64,000 nucleotides of DNA from an uncultured Bacilli bacterium (GTDB taxonomy: Bacteria; Bacillota_I; Bacilli_A; RF39; UBA660). Position numbers and translations under genes: made by a program. The DNA lies in assembly GCA_947632205.1 (NCBI GenBank), contig CANROK010000001.1:4682-68681 (forward strand), written 5' to 3'. Positions 30,643 to 41,681 of this stretch are shown piece after piece (position 1 is the first letter of the stretch; each line of letters begins with the position of its first letter). Under the pieces are notes generated by a model that made no database searches, had not been told where the DNA came from, and was given only the letters and a program-made list of their open reading frames with translations.

Positions 30643-31524
30643 TTAATCATTTTTGATAAATGGGAATATCTTTTTTATCAATGTTAATCTTTTTTGCCTT
30701 TTCATTTCTTCATACTTTATTTGTTCTTCTTGTCTTTGCTTCATTTCTTCTTGTCTTTGTTTTAGTTCATCCAATTGTTTTTGCTTTAATTCTAATTGCT
30801 TTTTTCTTATTTCTAATAATTGTTTTTGACACCATATTGGGCAATCAGATATATTAACAAAAATTCTTTTGAAAATTTCATTTTCTTTTCCTTTAATACC
30901 TTCTATAACAATATTAGAATTACATTTTATGTCGTATTTATTACTACAACTTAAAGCAATTAAATATAAATCATTTTTAAACTGAATATTTATTGCATCA
31001 TTACCAATGTAAACATCAAATAATGAATTAATTGGATGAATATTATACTTATCATTTTTATAATCTTTATAATCAGCATAAGTTAGAAATTCATCATACA
31101 TTATAGATAACTTAGAACTTAAAACATTAAATACATCATCAATAAACAATTTATCAGGATATGATTCATTTTTGGTTTTAGCTACATATAAATCACCATT
31201 TCTTTTTGCAAAATAAATATCTATACACTCTTTATTAAGATCATTAATATCAAAAAGAAGTTGAAACCCAATATGTAATAATTTGTTTTTAAAATCAAAA
31301 CCATAAAGAACAATGAAACTATCTATGGAAAAATTCTTTTTCATATAATAATCAAGTATATTATTGAATTGTTTTCTCATATTTTCATATTCATTGTCTA
31401 ATTTTCTTAATAAAATTGCTGCATCATATAAAGATATACAATTATAATCATTATTATCTTTAGAAGTTAAAATTTTTTTGATTTCTTCTAATATTATTGT
31501 TTGAGAATTAATTGGTATCATCAT
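30643..31524 (-). CDS. hypothetical protein with C-terminal K/Q/E-rich coiled-coil repeat
   Basis: It is a long ORF. The start is placed at ATGATG (MMIPIN) after RBS AAGGAAG; the track start is a GTG. The C-terminus has reiterated KQLxELKQ(R/K)Q heptads. Confidence 0.45.
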   Translation of the reverse strand: MMIPINSQTIILEEIKKILTSKDNNDYNCISLYDAAILLRKLDNEYENMRKQFNNILDYYMKKNFSIDSFIVLYGFDFKNKLLHIGFQLLFDINDLNKECIDIYFAKRNGDLYVAKTKNESYPDKLFIDDVFNVLSSKLSIMYDEFLTYADYKDYKNDKYNIHPINSLFDVYIGNDAINIQFKNDLYLIALSCSNKYDIKCNSNIVIEGIKGKENEIFKRIFVNISDCPIWCQKQLLEIRKKQLELKQKQLDELKQRQEEMKQRQEEQIKYEEMKRQKRLTLIKKIFPFIKND

Positions 31525-31562
31525 AATTAACACTTCCTTTGCCTAAATATTATAAACTAATT

Positions 31563-31945
31563 ATTATTTAATAACAATAAAAAATACGTTATAATTTAGT
31601 AGAGGCGACTAATAAATGAATGCAGTAAGTATAGCTAAAGCTCAAAATAATTTTTATAAATTGGTGTCAGATGTAAATGCCGGATTGGGTCCAATTACGA
31701 TTGTTAATAATAAAGGTAAAAATGCCGTTTTAATATCAGAAAGTGAATGGAAAAATATTGAAGAAACTTTATTTTTATCAAATATACCAGATTATATTGA
31801 AAATATTAATAGTATAAAAAATAACGAAAATTGGAATACTGCTTTAGAATATAAAAGAGATGAAGAATGGTAATTATTAAATAACCGAAAATAAACATGT
31901 TTTTATTTTCTTTTTTTGTCAAAAAATAACGTTTTTAACATATAG
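31563..31945 (+). repeat. copy 1 of a ~375-bp direct repeat (promoter + phd/yefM gene + downstream palindrome)
   Basis: It is near-identical to 32858..33238. The coding part is 100% identical, and the 5' flank has a handful of mismatches. Confidence 0.85.
31616..31873 (+). CDS. Phd/YefM-family type II antitoxin (copy 1), no cognate toxin downstream
   Basis: MNAVSIAKAQNNFYKLV...AVLISESEWKNIEETLFL has the same residue pattern as E. coli YefM (Y.EA..N......V....P..I......AV..S..E....EET..L). There is a TTATAAT -10 and RBS AGAGGCGA. Confidence 0.75.
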   Translation: MNAVSIAKAQNNFYKLVSDVNAGLGPITIVNNKGKNAVLISESEWKNIEETLFLSNIPDYIENINSIKNNENWNTALEYKRDEEW

Positions 31946-32189
31946 ATAAATTTTTATTGACATAATTATAATTTATTATATAATAAATTAACTAATTTAA
32001 TAAATTGTATTATTGCTTTTAAGGATTAAATTAGTTATAATTTTTATAGAAGAAAATTTTTATTTGTTCTTCTACATTTTACGTGATAGAAAAGAGTAAT
32101 TTGTATTAGTTGCTCTTAGTCTAAACATATACTTTGAGCATCTATGAATTAATAGTGCTCATTTTTAATAATTAAATTAAATTAGAAAG

Positions 32190-32372
32190 ATGAAGGAGAA
32201 TATGGAAAACGAAAAAAAAGATTTTAGAAGTAATGAGTTAAAAAAAAGAGTAAAAATTTTAATGGAAAAATCTAAAAAATTGAAGCTTATTAAGCCGCAT
32301 ACATTAGCATTTAAAGAAAATCCAACAGAAGTTGAAGAACATAAAGGAAAATTAATTGCATATAGAAAGTAG
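32190..32372 (+). CDS. small basic protein (56-60 aa), candidate antitoxin partner of the downstream MazF-like gene
   Basis: RBS GAAGGAG is present. The stop is 8 nt before the next gene's ATG. No fold was recognised. Confidence 0.4.
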   Translation: MKENMENEKKDFRSNELKKRVKILMEKSKKLKLIKPHTLAFKENPTEVEEHKGKLIAYRK

Positions 32373-32379
32373 GAGCAAT

Positions 32380-32757
32380 ATGAAATATGAGGTCGGTGAT
32401 ATAGTTTTTGTATCAAAATATAAATACGATAATGGAGAAAAAGGAAAAAATCATTTATTTGTTATAATTGATGAAGAAGAAAATTTGGTTCCTGTTGAAT
32501 ATTTTGGCATGATAGTTTCTTCGAGAATTGAAAAATCAAAAGAAAATTCGAATTTTAAATTTAATGAACCTTTAAGGAAAAATAAAATAAATAAATTAAA
32601 TGTTGATAGCATAGTAAAATGCGATCAAATTTACAAAATACCTTCAAAAAATATTCAATTTAAAATAGGTAGAGTTGATATTGATGATTACATAAGATTT
32701 ATGGATGCTTATAATATAGCTTTGCAAGAAATAGAAGATAAATTACAAACTGTATAA
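32380..32757 (+). CDS. divergent MazF/PemK/EndoA-family endoribonuclease toxin-like protein
   Basis: It aligns with B. subtilis EndoA along its length: GDIVFV~GDVYFA, G-E-G at the same spacing, FVII~LVIQ, SSRIEKSK~TAQIQKAK, DSIVKCDQIYKI~DSVILLEQIRTI and IGRVD~ITHLD. The track start is a TTG; the start is placed at the ATG at 32380 after AGGAG. Confidence 0.6.
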   Translation: MKYEVGDIVFVSKYKYDNGEKGKNHLFVIIDEEENLVPVEYFGMIVSSRIEKSKENSNFKFNEPLRKNKINKLNVDSIVKCDQIYKIPSKNIQFKIGRVDIDDYIRFMDAYNIALQEIEDKLQTV

Positions 32758-32857
32758 TTAAAACAAAAAATCTTTGTGAAAAAAGATTTTTTTAATTCTT
32801 CATAAGTTTTAGTGTTTATTATTTCATTTTCAATTGTGTGTTAAAAGTAGTTTAATA

Positions 32858-33238
32858 ATTATTTAATAACAATAAAAAATACATTATAATTAAGTGGAGG
32901 TGACTAATAAATGAATGCAGTAAGTATAGCTAAAGCTCAAAATAATTTTTATAAATTGGTGTCAGATGTAAATGCCGGATTGGGTCCAATTACGATTGTT
33001 AATAATAAAGGTAAAAATGCCGTTTTAATATCAGAAAGTGAATGGAAAAATATTGAAGAAACTTTATTTTTATCAAATATACCAGATTATATTGAAAATA
33101 TTAATAGTATAAAAAATAACGAAAATTGGAATACTGCTTTAGAATATAAAAGAGATGAAGAATGGTAATTATTAAATAACCGAAAATAAACATGTTTTTA
33201 TTTTCTTTTTTTGTCAAAAAAGCATGTTTTTTAATGAC
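32858..33238 (+). repeat. copy 2 of the ~375-bp direct repeat
   Basis: See copy 1. Confidence 0.85.
32911..33168 (+). CDS. Phd/YefM-family type II antitoxin (copy 2, identical protein)
   Basis: The 85-aa product is identical to 31616..31873. RBS GGAGGTGA is present. Confidence 0.75.
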   Translation: MNAVSIAKAQNNFYKLVSDVNAGLGPITIVNNKGKNAVLISESEWKNIEETLFLSNIPDYIENINSIKNNENWNTALEYKRDEEW

Positions 33239-33287
33239 TATAAAAGTCATAAATGATATAATAAATCTATAAGAGGGTAGATGGGTT

Positions 33288-35384
33288 ATGAATTACTTAG
33301 ATAGTTTAAATAAAGAGCAAAAAGAAGCTGTTAAACATATATATGGGCCTTGTTTAGTAGTAGCAGGAGCTGGTTCAGGAAAAACGAAAGTACTAACTAC
33401 GAGAATAGCATACTTAATTGATTCTGGGATTTATAGTGGTAATATTTTAGCGATTACATTTACAAATAAAGCTGCAAAAGAAATGAAAGAAAGGGTTAGT
33501 ACGATGGTTACTAATAACTATGCTTTTGTGGGAACATTTCATTCCTTTGGCTTAAGAATAATTAAAGAAAACTATGATACTTTAGGTTTAACGAAAAATT
33601 TTACAATATTAGATTCTGATGATGTTTTAAGTTTAATTAAAAAAATCATGAAAGATTTAAATTATGATATTAAAGATATTGCCCCATCTTATATTAGAAA
33701 TAGAATAAGTTTTATTAAAAATGAAATGTTAAGTGATGGCGAAGTAGAAAAATATTTTATTAGTGATATTGAAAAGATTGTAGTTAAAGTATATTTTGAA
33801 TATCAAAAAAGATTAAGAAAGAATAATGTTATTGATTTTGATGATTTACTTAAATTACCAGTTGAATTATTTATGAAACATGAAGATATATTAGATAAAT
33901 ATCAAGAGAAATATCAATATATCTTAGTAGATGAATATCAAGATACAAATGAAGTTCAATATAAATTAATAAAATTATTAAGTAAGAAATATCGTAATAT
34001 TTTTGTAGTAGGTGATCAAAATCAAGCTATATATGGATTTAGACAAGCTAATTATAAGAATATAGTTAATTTTGAAAAAGATTATCAAGATGCTAAAGTT
34101 GTTGTTTTAAATCAAAATTATCGTAGTACGACGACAATATTAAATGTTGCTAATTCAGTTATTAAAAATAATGTTCATAAAAAAGAAGTTAATTTATTTA
34201 GTGAACTTGGTGAAGGAGTAAAAGTTAAGTATTTAAGAAGTAATAATGGGGTACAAGAAGCAACAGTTATATGTGAAGAAATAAATAATTTACTGAGTGA
34301 AGGATACAAAAAAAATGATATAGCTATTTTTTATAGAACTAATGCTCAATCACGGGTATATGAAGAAGCATTATTAAAATATAATATTCCTTATAAAGTA
34401 TTTGGAAGTATCTATTTCTATAAAAGAAAAGAAATAAAAGATTTAATTAGTTATTTAAAATTAATTGCTAATCATGATGATGATATAGCTCTAAAAAGAA
34501 TTATAAATGAACCAAAAAGAGGAGTAGGAAGTAAAACAATTGAAGATTTAGAAATAACTAGTAATTTAGAATATAAATCAATGTATGAAGTTATTACTAA
34601 AGGAAAAGAATTAGAATTTAAAAAGATAATTGAAGAGTTAACTAAAGATGCCGAAAGCATGTCTTTAACAGAATTAATTGATGATGTTTTAGAAAAATCA
34701 GGAATAAAAGAAAGTTTAACTAAAGATAATTCTTTAGAAGGCGAACTTAGAATGGAAAACTTATTAGAATTTAGAAGTATTACAGAAAGTTATCAAAATG
34801 TTACAGGTAGTGTTAACTTACAAGACTTCTTAGATGAAATAAGTTTAATTGCTGATATTGAAGAACATAAAAATGATGGTGATAATGTTACATTAATGAC
34901 TCTACATTCAGCGAAAGGATTAGAATTTAAAGTAGTCTTTTTAGCAGGAATGGAAGATGGCTTATTACCACATGCTAATTCCTTTATGGAAGAAGATGGT
35001 ATCGAAGAAGAAAGACGGCTTTGCTATGTTGGGATTACAAGGGCTAAAGAAAGATTGTATTTAACTAATGCTAAATCAAGAATGTTATATGGAAAAGAAT
35101 CGATGAATCCACCATCAAGATTTATAAGTGAAATAGAAAATAAATATATTGAAAGTAATGTTCAAGAAGAGAAAATTAAACCTAATTTAAATAGTGAAGC
35201 ATTTAAAGATATATTATATAATGATGGTGAGGTTACTTATAAACATGGGGATAGAGTTATTCATGATAGTTTTGGCTCTGGAGTAGTTGTAGGAGTAGAT
35301 GATAAATTTATCTCTATTGCATTTAGTAAAAATATTGGTATAAAGAAATTTTTAAAAAATTATAAAGGTATAAGGAAAGGATAA
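33288..35384 (+). CDS. pcrA: ATP-dependent DNA helicase PcrA (UvrD/Rep SF1)
   Basis: Walker A AGAGSGKT and the SF1 helicase motifs (VDEYQDTN, LNQNYRST) are present. It lies upstream of ligA, as in B. subtilis. Confidence 0.9.
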   Translation: MNYLDSLNKEQKEAVKHIYGPCLVVAGAGSGKTKVLTTRIAYLIDSGIYSGNILAITFTNKAAKEMKERVSTMVTNNYAFVGTFHSFGLRIIKENYDTLGLTKNFTILDSDDVLSLIKKIMKDLNYDIKDIAPSYIRNRISFIKNEMLSDGEVEKYFISDIEKIVVKVYFEYQKRLRKNNVIDFDDLLKLPVELFMKHEDILDKYQEKYQYILVDEYQDTNEVQYKLIKLLSKKYRNIFVVGDQNQAIYGFRQANYKNIVNFEKDYQDAKVVVLNQNYRSTTTILNVANSVIKNNVHKKEVNLFSELGEGVKVKYLRSNNGVQEATVICEEINNLLSEGYKKNDIAIFYRTNAQSRVYEEALLKYNIPYKVFGSIYFYKRKEIKDLISYLKLIANHDDDIALKRIINEPKRGVGSKTIEDLEITSNLEYKSMYEVITKGKELEFKKIIEELTKDAESMSLTELIDDVLEKSGIKESLTKDNSLEGELRMENLLEFRSITESYQNVTGSVNLQDFLDEISLIADIEEHKNDGDNVTLMTLHSAKGLEFKVVFLAGMEDGLLPHANSFMEEDGIEEERRLCYVGITRAKERLYLTNAKSRMLYGKESMNPPSRFISEIENKYIESNVQEEKIKPNLNSEAFKDILYNDGEVTYKHGDRVIHDSFGSGVVVGVDDKFISIAFSKNIGIKKFLKNYKGIRKG

Positions 35385-35390
35385 AATAAT

Positions 35391-38798
<3,408 letters not shown>

Positions 38799-38849
38799 AT
38801 TTTTTATCTTTTTTTATAAAAAAGATAGAAAAAATCAATTTTAATTTAC

Positions 38850-38878
38850 TTTACATATAAATTGAAACGATATATAAT
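38850..38878 (+). promoter_or_regulatory. putative sigma-A promoter TTTACA-17-TATAAT upstream of leuS
   Basis: The -35 and -10 spacing is 17 nt. It sits about 60 nt before the leuS ATG. No T-box was recognised. Confidence 0.45.
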
Positions 38879-38936
38879 AAATGTAAATTTTATGAGATAA
38901 GTTATAAGAAAAATTAATAAAAAGGAGAAATTAGAA

Positions 38937-41351
38937 ATGTATAATTTTACAGAAATTGAAAAGAAATGGCAAGATTATTGGGAAAAGAACAAAACATTTA
39001 AAGTTGATGCTTGGGATTTTTCGAAGCCAAAATATTATGTACTTGATATGTTTCCATATCCATCTGGGGTTGGTCTTCATGCTGGTCATCCCGAGGGATA
39101 TACTGCTACTGACATTGTAGCAAGAATGAAAAGAATGCAAGGATATAATGTTTTGCATCCAATGGGTTATGATTCTTTTGGGTTACCTGCTGAACAATAT
39201 GCGATTCAAACTGGTAATCATCCTGGTAAATTTACAGAACAAAATATTAAAATATTTGAAGGACAATTAAAAAGAATTGGCTTTTCTTATGACTGGGATA
39301 GAGTAATATCTACTAGTGAGCCAAGTTATTATAAATGGACACAATGGATATTTAAAAAATTATATGAAGATGGTTATGCAAGACAAATTAATATGCCAGT
39401 TAATTGGTGTGAAGAATTAGGTACTGTTTTAGCAAATGATGAAGTAATAGATGGTAAGAGTGAAAGAGGCGGTTATCCAGTTGTAAGAAAATATATGAAA
39501 CAATGGATAATTGATATTCCAGCTTTTGCTGAAAAACTTCTAGAAGGTTTAAATGAAGTTGATTGGCCTGAATCAACGAAAGAAATTCAAAGAAATTGGA
39601 TTGGAAAATCTGAAGGTGTTGAAGTAGAAGTAAAAATAAAAGATGGTGGTAGTTTTTCCATATTTACTACTTGTATAGAAACTATTTATGGTATAACTTT
39701 CTTTGTTTTAGCGCCAGAAAATAAATTAGTTGATGATTTAAAAGATAGAATAAAAAACTGGGATGAAGTTGTAAAATATCGTGAAGAAACAGCTAAAAAA
39801 TCAGATGTAGATAGAACAGAATTAAATAAAACTAAAAGTGGTGTTAAATTAGATGGTATCCTTGCTATTAATCCTGTCAATAATAAAGAAGTTCCAATCT
39901 TCTTAGGTGATTTCGTTTTAGCAAATTATGGTACTGGTGCTGTAATGGCTGTTCCAAGTCATGACCAAAGAGACTTTGATTATGCCATAGTTCACAAAAT
40001 ACCAATGATTCAAGTAATTGAAGGCAAAGATACTACTGAATCTGCTTTTGAAAAACAAGATTATTTAGGTAAAGGTTGTAAATTAATTAATAGTGAAGAA
40101 TTTACGGGTTTAACTGTGGAAGAAGCTAAAGTAGCTATTACTGATAAACTTGTAAAAATGGGTTGTGGTAAAAAGAAAGTTAATTATCATATAAGAGAAT
40201 GGATTTTTGCCAGACAAAGATATTGGGGAGAACCAATTCCAATTATTCATTTAGAAGATGGAAGAGATATTGTTTTAGATGATAAAGATTTACCATTAAT
40301 TTTACCAGAAATGGAAGATTATAAAGGTAAAAATGGTCAAGCTCCTTTAGAAAATGCTACTGAATGGAAAAATGTTACAGTTGATGGTATAAAAGGTGTA
40401 AGAGAAACTTCTACTATGCCTGGCTCAGCTGGTTCTAGTTGGTATTTCTTAAGATATATAGATCCAAATAATGATAAATGTTTTGCTGATCCTAAGTTAA
40501 TTGAACACTGGATGCCAGTAGATTTATATGTTGGTGGTCCAGAACATGCTGTTGGTCATTTATTATATTCAAGAATGTGGAATCATTACTTATATGATAA
40601 AGGTTTAGTTAATGTTAAAGAACCATTTAAAAAATTAGTTCATCAAGGAATGATTTTGGGCTCAAATGGTATCAAAATGGGTAAAAGATTTCCTGAATTT
40701 GTTATAAATCCTGATGATATAGTAAAAGAATATGGGGCCGATACTCTTAGAATGTATGAAATGTTTATGGGACCACTTGAAACTGATAAACCATGGAATG
40801 ATGAAGCAGTAAGAGGAATAAAGAAATTCTTAGACCGTGTATGGCGATTATATCATGAAGAAATTAGAGAATTTAAAGATAATCCAAATTTGGATAAAGT
40901 ATATAATCAAACTGTAAAGAATGTTACTAAAGATTATGAAACACTAAATTTCAATACTGCTATATCCCAAATGATGATATTTGTTAATGCTGTATATAAA
41001 GAAGATACTTGGAATTTAGAATATGCTCAAAATTTCATTAAATTATTAAATCCAATCGTTCCTCATATTACGGAAGAAATATGGCAAGAAGTATTTAATA
41101 AAAAAGATACGATTGCTTATGAACCATGGCCAACTTATGATGAAGATAAAATAGTAGATGAAGTTTATGAATTAGTTGTTCAAGTTAATGGTAAAGTAAG
41201 AGGAAGAGTAACAGTTCCAACAACTTGTACGGAAGAAGAAATGAAAGCTAAAGCTAAAGAAATAGATAATGTTAAAAATAATATTGATGGGAAAACTATT
41301 GTAAAAGAAATTGTCGTACCAAAAAAATTAGTTAATATTGTTGTTAAATAA
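38937..41351 (+). CDS. leuS: leucine--tRNA ligase
   Basis: It has a HAGHPEGY-type HIGH motif and a KMSKS-like (KMGKR) motif. The length (804 aa) is typical. Confidence 0.95.
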   Translation: MYNFTEIEKKWQDYWEKNKTFKVDAWDFSKPKYYVLDMFPYPSGVGLHAGHPEGYTATDIVARMKRMQGYNVLHPMGYDSFGLPAEQYAIQTGNHPGKFTEQNIKIFEGQLKRIGFSYDWDRVISTSEPSYYKWTQWIFKKLYEDGYARQINMPVNWCEELGTVLANDEVIDGKSERGGYPVVRKYMKQWIIDIPAFAEKLLEGLNEVDWPESTKEIQRNWIGKSEGVEVEVKIKDGGSFSIFTTCIETIYGITFFVLAPENKLVDDLKDRIKNWDEVVKYREETAKKSDVDRTELNKTKSGVKLDGILAINPVNNKEVPIFLGDFVLANYGTGAVMAVPSHDQRDFDYAIVHKIPMIQVIEGKDTTESAFEKQDYLGKGCKLINSEEFTGLTVEEAKVAITDKLVKMGCGKKKVNYHIREWIFARQRYWGEPIPIIHLEDGRDIVLDDKDLPLILPEMEDYKGKNGQAPLENATEWKNVTVDGIKGVRETSTMPGSAGSSWYFLRYIDPNNDKCFADPKLIEHWMPVDLYVGGPEHAVGHLLYSRMWNHYLYDKGLVNVKEPFKKLVHQGMILGSNGIKMGKRFPEFVINPDDIVKEYGADTLRMYEMFMGPLETDKPWNDEAVRGIKKFLDRVWRLYHEEIREFKDNPNLDKVYNQTVKNVTKDYETLNFNTAISQMMIFVNAVYKEDTWNLEYAQNFIKLLNPIVPHITEEIWQEVFNKKDTIAYEPWPTYDEDKIVDEVYELVVQVNGKVRGRVTVPTTCTEEEMKAKAKEIDNVKNNIDGKTIVKEIVVPKKLVNIVVK

Positions 41352-41359
41352 ACTTTTAA

Positions 41360-41387
41360 GGCAGATTTTCAATATCTGTCTTTTTTG
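41360..41387 (+). terminator. intrinsic terminator ggcagat/atctgtc (one G-U) + T6
   Basis: The hairpin is followed by TTTTTT directly after the leuS stop. Confidence 0.55.
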
Positions 41388-41412
41388 TGACATAAAAAAA
41401 ATAACTTTATAG

Positions 41413-41571
41413 TTATTTCATCTTTTTAGCTTCTCTTGCACTTATTCTTACTGTTTTGCCATCGATTGTTTTCTTTTGTAGATTTGGTTTTTGTTTCATT
41501 TTAGTTGCGTTTAAAGCATGACTTCTTAAATTACCAGTTAAAGGTTTTTTATTAGTTACTTTTTTAGCCAT
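41413..41571 (-). CDS. rpmB: 50S ribosomal protein L28 (52 aa), not in the ORF track
   Basis: The reverse strand encodes MAKKVTNKKPLTGNLRSHALNATKMKQKPNLQKKTIDGKTVRISAREAKKMK, which matches the L28 pattern (GKKP..GN..SHA.N.TK....NLQ). RBS GGAGG is present. Confidence 0.8.
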   Translation of the reverse strand: MAKKVTNKKPLTGNLRSHALNATKMKQKPNLQKKTIDGKTVRISAREAKKMK

Positions 41572-41681
41572 TATTATGCCTCCTCTTTTCACTTAAAAAC
41601 TTTATCATATATTAAAAGATATGTCAAATATTTTCTATTGCAAAACAATATTTATGTTATAATTTAAGTAGGGAGGTTTGT

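Noticed and set aside
32177-32416. 79-aa minus-strand ORF overlapping the small ORF/MazF-like junction
   Set aside because: It is antisense to two co-oriented ORFs that have RBSs. Its translation is hydrophobic low-complexity, so it is spurious.
38799-38936. T-box leader upstream of leuS (and of proS at 28251..28344)
   Set aside because: The intergenic regions are only ~90-140 nt. They lack the conserved T-box motif (AATTAGGGTGGNACCGCG) and an antiterminator/terminator pair. Only ordinary promoter and terminator elements are present.
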